Below, one piece after another: positions 20,397-30,139 of a stretch of 64,000 bases of DNA. The translations under genes and the position numbers were made by a program. Location of the stretch: assembly GCA_963845535.1 (NCBI GenBank), contig CAWJSK010000001.1:229525-293524 (forward strand). Direction: 5' to 3'. The stretch comes from an uncultured Spirochaetota bacterium. GTDB lineage: Bacteria; Spirochaetota; Spirochaetia; SZUA-6; Fen-1364. The notes beneath the pieces are model-generated. The model worked only from the letters and a program-made list of their open reading frames with translations. It had not been told where the DNA came from and ran no database searches. The first letter of the stretch is position 1, and each line of letters opens with the position of its first letter.

Positions 20397-21364
20397 AAGT
20401 ACTTGAAGAAGTCCGAGTCGGTGCTCAGCGTCTTGTTGAACTTCGGCAGAAGCGTCTGGTACTCCTGCAGCGCCATCCAGTAGTCGGCAAACGCCGGGTC
20501 CTGCCTGTAGGCCCTGTTGCGGATGTCCAGCGCTTCCGCGTCCGCCTTCGCCTTGATCTCCTTCGCCTTCTTTTCCGCCTCTGACTGGATCTGCAGGAGC
20601 TCCCGCGTGGTCTGGCCGAGCCATTTCGCCTTCTCCCCCTCTCCGTCGGAGCGGAAGGCCTGGGCAATCTGGTTTCTTTCCTTGATCATGCGGTCATACA
20701 CGCTCGGGGTCAGATCGTCGGAGTACTTGATCTGGCGGATGATCACGTCGATGAGCTCCATCCCGAATTGCGGCATAAGGGTCCGCGCCTCGTTCAGCAT
20801 CTGGATGGAGAGCGCCCGGCGTCCTACGGTGATGGGCTCGTACTGGATCTCCGCAAGCGTCGAGATGTTGCTCAACGCCGCCGAGCTTTCCGCGGATCCT
20901 GCAACGCTGGCAAGGGCGTTGGTCCGCTTGATCTGGCTGATGACGTTGGAATCCCGCACCGCTTCCCGCAGGGGGTTCTTGGAGATGATCTTCCTCACCT
21001 CGGAGTCGATAACGTCATCCAGCCTGCCCTGGGCCTGGGTCATGGAGCCGACGGACTCGTAAAACTTCTTCGGGTCGGAGATGCGCCACCGGGCCGTGGT
21101 GTCAACCCAGATGAACTGGTTCTCCGAGGTGGGGATCCTCTGCGCGTCCCCGTCCCAGGACTGCACCTTCTTGGAGTATTTGATCACGCTTTCCACGAAG
21201 GGGACTTTGTACTTCAGGCCCGCATCCCTCTCCACCCGGACGATCTTGCCGAACTGGACCACCACCGCCTGCTCTCCCTCCGTGACGATGTAGTAGGGCC
21301 CGAGAAGGGACGCGATGAGGAGGACCACGCCGACGATGACCAGAATTACGATTGTCCTTCTCAT
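20375..21364 (-). CDS. hflC: FtsH protease modulator HflC
   Basis: N-terminal TM, SPFH domain, 'VYDRMIKER...A...RSDGEG'. Confidence 0.9.
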   Translation of the reverse strand: MRRTIVILVIVGVVLLIASLLGPYYIVTEGEQAVVVQFGKIVRVERDAGLKYKVPFVESVIKYSKKVQSWDGDAQRIPTSENQFIWVDTTARWRISDPKKFYESVGSMTQAQGRLDDVIDSEVRKIISKNPLREAVRDSNVISQIKRTNALASVAGSAESSAALSNISTLAEIQYEPITVGRRALSIQMLNEARTLMPQFGMELIDVIIRQIKYSDDLTPSVYDRMIKERNQIAQAFRSDGEGEKAKWLGQTTRELLQIQSEAEKKAKEIKAKADAEALDIRNRAYRQDPAFADYWMALQEYQTLLPKFNKTLSTDSDFFKYFYNKRGR

Positions 21365-22455
21365 TGTGAGCCTCCCTGCTGGGTTGTCGGTTGGGTGTCT
21401 GTGGAAGGCGCCGCGGGGGCAGGGGCCGGCGCGGGGGCAGGGGGTGCCGCTTCCGCCGCAGCGCCGGGGGGCGCGGCTGCTGCTGCCGGAGCCTGCGCGC
21501 CTCCCATGCTCTTCAAGGGAAGGAAGTTCTTCAGGTTCTTGTCGATGAGGTCCGTTCCGTCCGCGTTGGCGAACACGCGGTCATACATTTCGTAATACAA
21601 CCGTGTGCGGACCACGTCCGGGTCTTTGCGGTATTCCCCGAGGACCGCGTTGAACCGCGCGACGTCTCCTTTTGCCTCGTTCACGCGCTGGATGGCATAC
21701 CCCTGGGCTTCCTGAATGGTCTGCTCGGCCTCTCCGCTTGCCCGCGGGATGGCCTGGTTGTACGCCTCTTTGCCTTCATTGATCATGCGGCTCCTGTCCT
21801 GGATTGCCTTGTTCACGTCCTCGAAGGCGTCCTGCACGGACCCCTTGGGCGGCACGATGTTCTGCAGCTTCACCGTTGTCACGTGGATGCCCAGGCCGTA
21901 GGACTTGTAGAGATCGTTCATCATCTGCTGACCTTGCAGCTCGATGTTGGCCCTTTCGGCGCCGATCACGTCGAAGATCGTACGGTCCCCGACCAGCATG
22001 TTGATCACGGATTGTGAGATGTCGCGGATCGTCTTGTGCGGGTCCTGAACGTTGAACAGCCACGCCCGAGGGTCCGTGATCTGGTACTGGATGATCCATT
22101 CCACGTCGATGATGTTCAGGTCACCGGTGAGCATGACTGACTCCGAGGAGTAGTCCGCCGTCGAGTACGTGGAGACGATGCCGGGCATTTCAGTCCTGAA
22201 GCCGAACTCTTCCTTCAGGATCCTCTGGGTCGGCACGTTGTAGTTCTTCTCCACGCCGAAGGGCACTTTGAAATGGAGCCCCGGCCCCACCAGGCGGGAG
22301 AACTTGCCGAAGTTCAAAACCACGGCCTCTTCTTTCTGATCTACCACGAAGAAGCTCGAGAACAGGAGGATAAGGGCCAAAACCACGCCGATGGCTATGA
22401 GGAGCAGGGCCGGCGTGAGCCTGCGGATCCCCTTTCCAGGGGTGACGTCTGTCAT
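21361..22455 (-). CDS. hflK: FtsH protease modulator HflK with Ala/Pro-rich tail
   Basis: MLTGDLNIIDVEW, VQDAFEDV, IPRA.G.A, RLYYE; ATG 22455 with AGGAG RBS. Confidence 0.9.
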   Translation of the reverse strand: MTDVTPGKGIRRLTPALLLIAIGVVLALILLFSSFFVVDQKEEAVVLNFGKFSRLVGPGLHFKVPFGVEKNYNVPTQRILKEEFGFRTEMPGIVSTYSTADYSSESVMLTGDLNIIDVEWIIQYQITDPRAWLFNVQDPHKTIRDISQSVINMLVGDRTIFDVIGAERANIELQGQQMMNDLYKSYGLGIHVTTVKLQNIVPPKGSVQDAFEDVNKAIQDRSRMINEGKEAYNQAIPRASGEAEQTIQEAQGYAIQRVNEAKGDVARFNAVLGEYRKDPDVVRTRLYYEMYDRVFANADGTDLIDKNLKNFLPLKSMGGAQAPAAAAAPPGAAAEAAPPAPAPAPAPAAPSTDTQPTTQQGGSQ

Positions 22456-22543
22456 AATATCTCCTATCAGCGATTGCCCGCCCACTATAGCATAGACGGA
22501 CGGGAAGGATAGCCCGCGGGCCATTATAATGAAGGTTGGCACA

Positions 22544-23741
22544 ATGAAAGCGAAAACCCCCCTCGAGGTGCTGGCGGTTGCCGGCCGCCTCGGCATCATG
22601 TCTTTTGGCGGACCGATTGCTCATCTCGGATACTTCCACGAGGAATACGTGGTCCGAAGGAAGTGGCTCGATGAGAAGAGCTACGCGGATCTTGTGGCCC
22701 TCTGCCAGATGATCCCGGGACCGGCAAGCAGCCAGCTGGGCATTGCCATCGGCATCCAGAGGGCCGGAATCCCCGGAGGGCTCGCGGCATGGGCCGGTTT
22801 CACTTTGCCGTCGGCAATTGCCCTTGTTGCCTTTGCGCTGCTCGTGCACGGATCCGGCGTGTCCGCAGCGGGCTGGCTGCACGGGCTGATGGTGGTGGCG
22901 GTTGCGGTTGTCGCGCAGGCGGTTTGGACAATGGCGCGCACCATGGCAGCCGAGGCGCGGCGCGCCTCAATCGCAATCGCGGCGGCCATCGCCAGCATCG
23001 TCCTTCCTTCTTCCATCACGCAGATCTGCCTCGATCGTTGCCGGCGCGCTCGCGGGGCTGGCGCTGCTCGGATCCCCTGAGCAGGGAGATACGATGCAGC
23101 GGCCGGCCTTCGCCGGGATCAATCGGCGTGTCGCCGTGTCCTGCCTTGCTGCTTTTGGCCTGCTCCTTGTCGGGCTTCCCGTGCTGCGCGCCGTGGTCCA
23201 CTCCCAGTGGCTTGCCGTGGTGGACAGCTTTTACAGGAGCGGCTCGCTTGTGTTCGGAGGCGGCCACGTGGTTCTCCCGCTCCTGCAGCGGGAAGTTGTC
23301 CCCACGGGGTGGATGACGAACGCGGCCTTCCTCTCCGGCTACGGGGCGGCCCAGGCGGTCCCCGGGCCGCTCTTCACGTTTGCCGCGTACCTCGGCGCAA
23401 CTCTGGGACCGGCCCCGAATGGCGTGGCGGGCGCGGCCATTGCTCTCGCGGCAATCTTCCTTCCCTCCTTTCTTCTCGTGGTCGGGTTGCTTCCATTCTA
23501 CGGCGCGCTGCGGGGCAGGCCGGCCGTGAAGCGGGCCCTCGCAGGGGTGAATGCCGCGGTGGTCGGGATACTTCTTGCTGCTCTCTATACCCCAGTTTGG
23601 ACGAGCGCGATCGTGACCCCCGCAGACTTCGCGGTCGGGCTTGCCGCGTTCCTGCTGCTCGTGGTCTGGAAAGCGCGGCCGTGGATGATCGTCTTTGGCG
23701 GCGCGATCGTCGGCGAAGCGCTCAGCCTGTTTCTCAAGTAA
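22544..23741 (+). CDS. chrA: Chromate efflux transporter (CHR family); one frameshift near 23027
   Basis: SFGGPIAHLGYF, PGPASSQ, second half FGGGHVVLPLL, AQAVPGPLF; halves in two frames. Confidence 0.88.
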
Positions 23742-23803
23742 ACGCGGGGCAATCGCTCGGTCATTGACCCGTCGCCTCTCTCTTGGCACCTTGATGCTGC
23801 CAG

Positions 23804-24652
23804 ATGGAACACATCGCTCGTCATTCCTTGGTTGTCGACCTTGCCGCCCTCATGCGGGGCCGTCGCACGCTTGTCCTCAGCGGCGCCGGCATAAGCACGG
23901 AGTCCGGGATTCCTGACTACCGGGGCCCCCGGTCCGCCGCGCGCCGGGTGCGGCCCATCTACTACCGGGAGTTCGTGGCGGACTCCGTCGCGCGGGCCCG
24001 GTACTGGGCGCGCAGCGCGGTGGGCTGGCCCCGGGTCTCGGAAGCCAGGCCGAATCCTGGGCATTTCGCCATAGCGAGGATGGAGGAATCCCGCGCCGTG
24101 ATCGGCGTGATCACGCAGAACGTCGATCGTCTTCACCAGGCCGCAGGCAGCCTTCGCGTTGTGGAGCTGCACGGCGCTCTTGCGGAAGTGGTCTGCCTGG
24201 AATGCGGCACGCGGGAGCAGAGGCAGCAGCTTCAGGACCGGCTGCTTTCGCTCAACCCGAATTGGGCGCGGGAACAGTACCAGACCGCTCTCATGGCCCC
24301 GGATGGGGATGCGCTGGTCGAAGTCCCATCCGACGGCTCCTTCCGCGTGCCTGCCTGTCTGCGCTGCGGTGGGATGCTGAAGCCGGACGTCGTGTTCTTC
24401 GGAGAGAACGTCCCCCGCCCGCGCGTGGAGCAGGCGCTGTCCCTGCTGGAAGAGGCGGAAGTCCTCCTTGTTGTCGGCTCCTCCCTTGCCGTGTATTCAG
24501 GATATCGATTCGCCGTGCAAGCCCATGAGGAGTCGAAGCCGGTGGCCATCATCAATCTCGGGCCGTGCCGCGCGGATGCGCTTGCCGCCGTCAGGATCGA
24601 CGCGCCCCTCGGTGAGGCCTTGCCGCGCGTAGCCGAGGTGTTGGAAGCCTGA
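23804..24652 (+). CDS. NAD-dependent protein deacylase, sirtuin (class II/SIRT4-like)
   Basis: GAGISTESGIPDYRG, TQNVD.LH, ELHG, CxxC...CxxC, LKPDVVFFGE, GSSL. Confidence 0.92.
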   Translation: MEHIARHSLVVDLAALMRGRRTLVLSGAGISTESGIPDYRGPRSAARRVRPIYYREFVADSVARARYWARSAVGWPRVSEARPNPGHFAIARMEESRAVIGVITQNVDRLHQAAGSLRVVELHGALAEVVCLECGTREQRQQLQDRLLSLNPNWAREQYQTALMAPDGDALVEVPSDGSFRVPACLRCGGMLKPDVVFFGENVPRPRVEQALSLLEEAEVLLVVGSSLAVYSGYRFAVQAHEESKPVAIINLGPCRADALAAVRIDAPLGEALPRVAEVLEA

Positions 24653-24680
24653 ACGCTCCGTCGAACAGCATTGCCTGCCG

Positions 24681-24709
24681 TTGCCCCCGGGTTCTCTCGC
24701 GAATATACT
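24681..24709 (+). promoter_or_regulatory. Sigma70-type promoter for the NTase cassette
   Basis: TTGCCC-17-TATACT, followed by GGGGGAG RBS. Confidence 0.55.
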
Positions 24710-24729
24710 GCGAGACGGGGGAGCAACCG

Positions 24730-25440
24730 CTGGATTTCAGAGCACGCCTTCTGGAGACCCTTCGCGCCATCGAGCCGATCCTTCTTGAGCCCGGCATCCT
24801 GGTCGCCGGCTCCGAGGTGCCGAACCTGCTCGAGCCAGGCGCTGCCGCGACTCTTGTTGTTTCCCAGGACGTCGATATCGCCGTTCCGGTCGCACACCAC
24901 GCAAGCGTCAAGCGGCGATTGCGCGATGTGAAGGGGTTTGCCCGCTCCCCGGAAGAACCGTCGGTATGGCTTCCGCAGTCTGCCGGGCTGCTGGAGGTCA
25001 ACTTCATCGGAATGGATGCAGCAAGCAGTGTTGCCTCCGAGACCTACGTCCTCGACGACCTGGAGCTGCCGCTTCTGGTGTTTTCCAGCCTGTCACTCCT
25101 CCGCGCAGGCAAGGTTGTCGAGCTGGAAGGGATTCGAGTTCCTCTCCCTCGCCCCGCCGGCCTCATAATGGAGAAGCTCATAACCGACCGTAGCGGGGAG
25201 AAGGGAGACCGCGACCTCCTTGTTGCGCTCGGACTGCTGCTCATGTGCGAAGCGGGGGATCGGGAAGAGCTCACAAGGCTCTACAGCGGCTTGCCGGATG
25301 AATTGCGCTATTCCGCCCGGTCCGGGCTCGCCGCCCTGTCCTTGCTCGAGCCGCGCGTGCACATGCCTGACCCTGTTTCCCATCGGAGCCTCGTGGCGCG
25401 GTTGCTGGCCGAGCTTGAGGCCACGGAGATGGCGCCGTGA
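24730..25440 (+). CDS. Putative nucleotidyltransferase (AbiEii/GSU2403-like fold), probable CTG start
   Basis: LVAGS...SQDVDI N-terminal motif and 'P.P..LI.EKL...R..K..RD' C-terminal motif; frame open back to CTG 24730, 6 nt after the SD. Confidence 0.55.
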   Translation: MDFRARLLETLRAIEPILLEPGILVAGSEVPNLLEPGAAATLVVSQDVDIAVPVAHHASVKRRLRDVKGFARSPEEPSVWLPQSAGLLEVNFIGMDAASSVASETYVLDDLELPLLVFSSLSLLRAGKVVELEGIRVPLPRPAGLIMEKLITDRSGEKGDRDLLVALGLLLMCEAGDREELTRLYSGLPDELRYSARSGLAALSLLEPRVHMPDPVSHRSLVARLLAELEATEMAP

Positions 25441-25784
25441 ACGAGCCCCTCCAGGCCCGTGCCAGACGCATTCGCGAAAGGTTGCTGATCCGTGCGTGGG
25501 AGTATCGGCAGCGCAACTACAGCAAGGGCGTCTGGCACAGGCTGCGGCGCGTTCTTGTGGATGCGGGAGAGGCATGGATTATCGATGATACCGAGGGGGA
25601 TTTACTCGAAGCTGCCGGTCATGTCCCGCATCCTGTCGGCAGGGAGCTGTCTCCCGAAAAGCGCATCTTTCTCATCAGCAGGCGCGAGCTGGAGACTGTC
25701 CGCGGCAGGCGCCAGGTGCCCGTACGCATGTCCGTCGAGCTTCTCCAGGCTCGGAACCTCGCGCTCGTGCCTTTTGGCGCCTGA
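25437..25784 (+). CDS. Hypothetical 115-aa Arg-rich protein coupled to the NTase
   Basis: GTGA overlap with upstream stop, GGAG RBS. Confidence 0.65.
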   Translation: MNEPLQARARRIRERLLIRAWEYRQRNYSKGVWHRLRRVLVDAGEAWIIDDTEGDLLEAAGHVPHPVGRELSPEKRIFLISRRELETVRGRRQVPVRMSVELLQARNLALVPFGA

Positions 25785-25810
25785 ACGCCATCTGAACGAC
25801 GCCTGAACGC
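25779..25810. repeat. Three 11-bp-period copies of CTGAACG
   Basis: GCCTGAACGCCATCTGAACGACGCCTGAACGC; GCCTGAACGC also at 24647-24656. Confidence 0.75.
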
Positions 25811-25857
25811 CGCCGTTCTTGACGCCCCCGGGCGCCCCCGGTAGAGTAGCCGGACAT

Positions 25858-28032
25858 ATGGAAAGACGATTGATCACATCCGCCCTGCCCTACGTGAACA
25901 ATATCCCCCACCTGGGGAACCTCATCCAGGTGCTTTCCGCGGATGTGTTCGCTCGCTATTGCAGGCTTGCGGGTTATGAGACGCTGTACATCTGCGGCAC
26001 GGATGAATACGGAACCGCAACCGAAACAAAAGCGCTGGAGGAAGGGATCACCCCGCGCGAGCTGTGCGACCGTTACCATGCCGTGCATGCTGACATCTAC
26101 CGCTGGTTCAATATCGATTTCGACCATTTTGGCCGCACGTCGGTGCCCGTGCATACCGAGATCACGCAGCATATCTTCCTCAAGCTCCATGAGGCCGGCT
26201 ACATCACGCAGCACGTCGTCAGCCAGCTCTTCTGTGAAAAGGACCAGCGATTCCTCGCGGACCGCTACGTCCTGGGCACGTGTCCGCACTGCGGGTACGC
26301 CGACGCCCGCGGCGACCAATGTGAAAACTGCGGGAAGCTGCTTGACCCCACGGAGCTCATCGAGCCCAGATGCAGCGTCTGCGGGACCCGGCCGGTCATC
26401 CGGGAGACGACGCACCTCTTCATCGATCTTCTTGCCCTTCTTCCCAAGCTGCGCAACTGGATCGAGTCCGCCGCGGAGAAGGGGTTCTGGTCGCGCAATG
26501 CCGTCCAGATGACCTACGCATGGATGCGGGACGGGCTGAAGGAGCGCGCAATCACGCGCGATCTGAAGTGGGGCATTCCCGTTCCGCTGGACGGTTTCCG
26601 CAACAAGGTGTTCTACGTCTGGTTCGACGCCTGCATCGGCTATATCTCCATAACCGCGGAGCACACCCCGGAGTGGAAGAGCTGGTGGTACGCTCCGGAT
26701 TCCGTTCGGCTGTTCCAGTTCATCGGCAAGGACAACATACCCTTCCACACCGTCATCTTCCCCTCCAGCCTCCTGGGGACGGGGGAGAACTGGACCACGC
26801 TCTACCACATGTCCTCCACCGAATACCTCAACTATGAGGGCGGGAAGTTCTCCAAGAGCAAGGGGATCGGGGTCTTCGGCACGGACGCCAAAGAAACGGG
26901 CATTCCGGCTGACGTGTGGAGGTTCTACGTCTACTACAACAGGCCCGAAAGGTCCGACGCGCTGTTCACGTGGAAGGACTTCCAGGAAAAGGTGAACGCG
27001 GAGCTGATCGGCAACCTCGGCAACCTCGTCAACAGGACGTTGCAGTTCGTGAGCAGATTCTATGATAGCCAGCTCCCCCCCGGGACGCCGGATGAAGGAT
27101 TCTGGAAGGACGTCAAGGCGATGGAAGGGGAGATTGCCGGGCTGCTGGAGAAGGTGGAGCTGCGGGATGCATTCCGGCGGATGTTTGCCCTGTCCTCCGT
27201 GGGAAACAAGAAGTTCCAGGATGGCGAGCCCTGGAAAGGCGTCAAGGAGAATCCGCAAGCCACCGCAAGCCTCATCTGGAACCTCGTGTATCTCGTCCGA
27301 GACCTGGCCATCCTGGCAAGCCCGTACGTCCCGCAGACCGCGGAGCGCATTGCCGGCATGCTGGGGATTGAAAAGCTTGCGTGGGCGGACCTCGGCGTCC
27401 TGAAAGGCATTGAGAAGGTCCAAAAGCCTGACCTCCTTTTTGCCCGGCTGGAGGACAAGCAGATCGAAGCGCTTCGGCTCAGGTTCTCGGGAACGCAGAA
27501 GGAACGGGAAGCCGCGGACGCTGAAGAAAAGCGGGTCCCGACCCCGGCTGAGATTGCGTCCCAGTTCCGGCAGAAAGTGGACCTTCGAGCCGCCAGGATC
27601 ACGGAGATCAAGCGCCACCCTGACGCAGAGAAGCTCTATATCGAGACGGTGGACCTTGGGGGAGAGACGAGGACCATCGTTTCAGGCCTTGTCCCTCACT
27701 ACAAGGAGGAAGAGCTGCTCGGGCACACCGTTGTGCTCGTTGCCAACTTGAAGCCGGCGATGCTTCGCGGCGTGGAGAGCCAGGGGATGCTGCTTGCCGC
27801 CCAAGAGGGCAAGACGGTGGAAGTCCTCTTCGTGGACCATGCCAAGCCGGGAGAGCGCGTCGTGCTGCAAGGCGGCCCCGCGGATCCAGCCCCATCCGAG
27901 ATCGACATCGACACGTTCTTCACCATGCCGATCGTTGCAGAGGGTTCGCGCGTGCTCGTGGGGGACGCCGCGCTGGAGTGCGCCGGCAAGCCCGTGATCA
28001 CGGCGAAGGTGGCGAAGGGCAGGGTGAAGTAA
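25858..28032 (+). CDS. metG: Methionine--tRNA ligase with C-terminal tRNA-binding domain
   Basis: PYVNN.PHLGN (HIGH), zinc knuckles, GKDNIPFH, KFSKS, C-terminal Trbp111-like domain; promoter TTGACG-17-TAGAGT at 25819-25847. Confidence 0.96.
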   Translation: MERRLITSALPYVNNIPHLGNLIQVLSADVFARYCRLAGYETLYICGTDEYGTATETKALEEGITPRELCDRYHAVHADIYRWFNIDFDHFGRTSVPVHTEITQHIFLKLHEAGYITQHVVSQLFCEKDQRFLADRYVLGTCPHCGYADARGDQCENCGKLLDPTELIEPRCSVCGTRPVIRETTHLFIDLLALLPKLRNWIESAAEKGFWSRNAVQMTYAWMRDGLKERAITRDLKWGIPVPLDGFRNKVFYVWFDACIGYISITAEHTPEWKSWWYAPDSVRLFQFIGKDNIPFHTVIFPSSLLGTGENWTTLYHMSSTEYLNYEGGKFSKSKGIGVFGTDAKETGIPADVWRFYVYYNRPERSDALFTWKDFQEKVNAELIGNLGNLVNRTLQFVSRFYDSQLPPGTPDEGFWKDVKAMEGEIAGLLEKVELRDAFRRMFALSSVGNKKFQDGEPWKGVKENPQATASLIWNLVYLVRDLAILASPYVPQTAERIAGMLGIEKLAWADLGVLKGIEKVQKPDLLFARLEDKQIEALRLRFSGTQKEREAADAEEKRVPTPAEIASQFRQKVDLRAARITEIKRHPDAEKLYIETVDLGGETRTIVSGLVPHYKEEELLGHTVVLVANLKPAMLRGVESQGMLLAAQEGKTVEVLFVDHAKPGERVVLQGGPADPAPSEIDIDTFFTMPIVAEGSRVLVGDAALECAGKPVITAKVAKGRVK

Positions 28033-29099
28033 TCCAGGTCTCTGTCAGGCCGGCCTCCCTTACGGACCTCGACTCCTCGGAGGAGCTGCTGCAGACGGGG
28101 TGGTGGGGCAACTTCAAGAAGGCTCATGGCTGGAACGCGCACCCATTCCTTGTGACGGTGACTCCGCAGGATCAAGGGGCGCAGGACCAGGCGGGGCAGA
28201 CTTTCGGTCTCCTCGTGCTGACGCGCGTTCTTCTTCGGCGCTTCGTGATTGCCTACGTGCCCTTCGGTCCGACTGTGGACCCGAAGTGCGGCAGAGGGAA
28301 GATGCTTACCGCGCTGGCGGAAGCGCTTCGACCTCACCTGGCCCAGGGCACACTGTTCCTCAGGTACGACCTGCCGTGGGACAAAGCGGGAGAGGCGCCG
28401 GCGTGGGCGGGCGGCGGCCTGACGACGAAAAAGTCTCCCAGCGATATCCAGCCCCCGAACACCGTGGTGGTCGACATTGCCGGGCCGCTTGATGACATTC
28501 TGGCGTCCATGAAGTCCAAGACCCGTTACAACGTCAGGCTGTCGGAGAAGAAAGGCGTCACGGTACAGGAGGAGGGTGAGGCAGGCCTGGATACCTGGTA
28601 CGCCATGTATCAGGAGACGAGCCGCCGTGACAGGATTGCCATCCACGCCCCTTCCTACTACCGCGGCCTGTTCGTCGACGGTAGAAGCTATTCCGGCAAA
28701 CGACCTGTGGTGACGCTGCTGACGGCGAGGCATGAGGGAGACCTCCTGGCGGGAAACATCTGCATCTTCTGGAAGAAGCGGGGCGTCTACCTCACCGGTG
28801 CATCCTCCAACGCGAAGCGCAACCTCATGGGGACATACGCCCTTCAATGGGAGGCCATGCAAAGGGCAAAAGTGGCGGGCTGCGTGGAGTACGACCTGTA
28901 CGGCATCCCCCCGAACCCCGACCCTGGCCACCCCATGTTCGGCCTCTACCAGTTCAAGACCGGCTTCTCGGACCGGGTTGTGGAGCGATGGGGAACCTGG
29001 GATGTTGCCTATCGGCCTTTCCTGTGCGCGCTGTACCGCGCCGCGGAGGAGATCCGCCTGTCGTGGTTCCGCTCAGTGAAAAAGAGGCTGCACCGCTGA
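28032..29099 (+). CDS. FemABX/FemX family peptidoglycan bridge aminoacyltransferase; probable ATC start
   Basis: LQ..WWG.FK...GW, KTRYNVRL..KKGV, YLTGASS, LQWEAM, YDLYG, GLYQFK.GF. Confidence 0.88.
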   Translation: MQVSVRPASLTDLDSSEELLQTGWWGNFKKAHGWNAHPFLVTVTPQDQGAQDQAGQTFGLLVLTRVLLRRFVIAYVPFGPTVDPKCGRGKMLTALAEALRPHLAQGTLFLRYDLPWDKAGEAPAWAGGGLTTKKSPSDIQPPNTVVVDIAGPLDDILASMKSKTRYNVRLSEKKGVTVQEEGEAGLDTWYAMYQETSRRDRIAIHAPSYYRGLFVDGRSYSGKRPVVTLLTARHEGDLLAGNICIFWKKRGVYLTGASSNAKRNLMGTYALQWEAMQRAKVAGCVEYDLYGIPPNPDPGHPMFGLYQFKTGFSDRVVERWGTWDVAYRPFLCALYRAAEEIRLSWFRSVKKRLHR

Positions 29100-29150
29100 A
29101 TTGAAGGGCTATTTTGCGTTTGCCGTCCGACCCTCCTGGGGCGTACCTTC

Positions 29151-30125
29151 ATGCTCGTGACCGCGAGAAGAAAAGCTAATGTCCTTCTTGTCGTCTGCGA
29201 GGTGTTGGGCGCCGTGATTTTTCCTCTGGCGGCGAATGCCATTCCCATTTCGGTCAGCACGACCTCCGGGGTCATGCTGGGTTGGGTGAAAGAGTTCGTC
29301 TATCAAGGCAGCTACACGGTGAGCGAGCTGGACTGGCCGCTCTTGCCGGCGTTCTACGCCGGGGCAACTCTGGACGTTGGGGCCAAATCGGGGTTTCTGG
29401 CTACAGTCGACCTCAAGCTTGGAATTCCTGCGCCCGTGGGGTCAATGACGGATTCTGATTTTCTCAACGGTGACGGCGTCAAGACGGACTTCTCCCAATC
29501 GGACGGAAACATGGAAAGCGCAGTGCTGCTTTCCCTGCAGGGGGGGTGGGGGATTCCTTTCGAGTTCCTCGATGGCCCCACCGGGTATATCGAGCCCTTC
29601 CTCGCCTTTGAGTACATCCGCCTTTCCTGGACCGCGCAGAACGGTTACCTGCAATACCCGCCTGAGACAAGCCCGCCCTATACGCCGTGGTCGCCTTCGA
29701 CCCCGCAAGTTCCCGTGTACGGAACGGGAATCATGTACACCCAGAGCTACATCATCCCGGCTTTCGGCGCGAAGGGCTTGCTCTCCCTCTCGCCGGCATT
29801 CTCCATGAGCGCTTCGCTGACATTCTCCCCGTACTTGTGGTGTTTCGACAAGGACAGTCATTATTTCCGGCAGCTTGACTTTTACACCACGATGCATAAT
29901 GGCATACTCGTGGAGCCCGAGCTCTCGGCGACATATACGATATCCGGCTCCGCGCGGGTCACCCTCGACGTGCTGTACCGGCACATATCCTCGCTCATCG
30001 GAGACGTGACTGAGGTTGCCACCGGGGCCTACACCGGCGGGCAGCAGTCCCTGACGTTCTCCAACGGAGGAGGCGCTTCCCTCGATGTCGTGGATATCAC
30101 GGCCACGTTCACGGTCGTTTTGTAG
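29151..30125 (+). CDS. Omptin-family outer-membrane beta-barrel protein
   Basis: Signal peptide, E.VY, SELDW, G.M.DSDF, D.H..R motifs; start may be GTG 29157. Confidence 0.7.
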   Translation: MLVTARRKANVLLVVCEVLGAVIFPLAANAIPISVSTTSGVMLGWVKEFVYQGSYTVSELDWPLLPAFYAGATLDVGAKSGFLATVDLKLGIPAPVGSMTDSDFLNGDGVKTDFSQSDGNMESAVLLSLQGGWGIPFEFLDGPTGYIEPFLAFEYIRLSWTAQNGYLQYPPETSPPYTPWSPSTPQVPVYGTGIMYTQSYIIPAFGAKGLLSLSPAFSMSASLTFSPYLWCFDKDSHYFRQLDFYTTMHNGILVEPELSATYTISGSARVTLDVLYRHISSLIGDVTEVATGAYTGGQQSLTFSNGGGASLDVVDITATFTVVL

Positions 30126-30139
30126 CGGGCCGGGAAGCC

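Noticed and set aside
23804..24652. Sirtuin as an anti-phage SIR2 effector (Thoeris/DSR-like)
   Set aside because: It has the zinc-binding domain and all motifs of a housekeeping deacylase, and the downstream cassette has its own promoter
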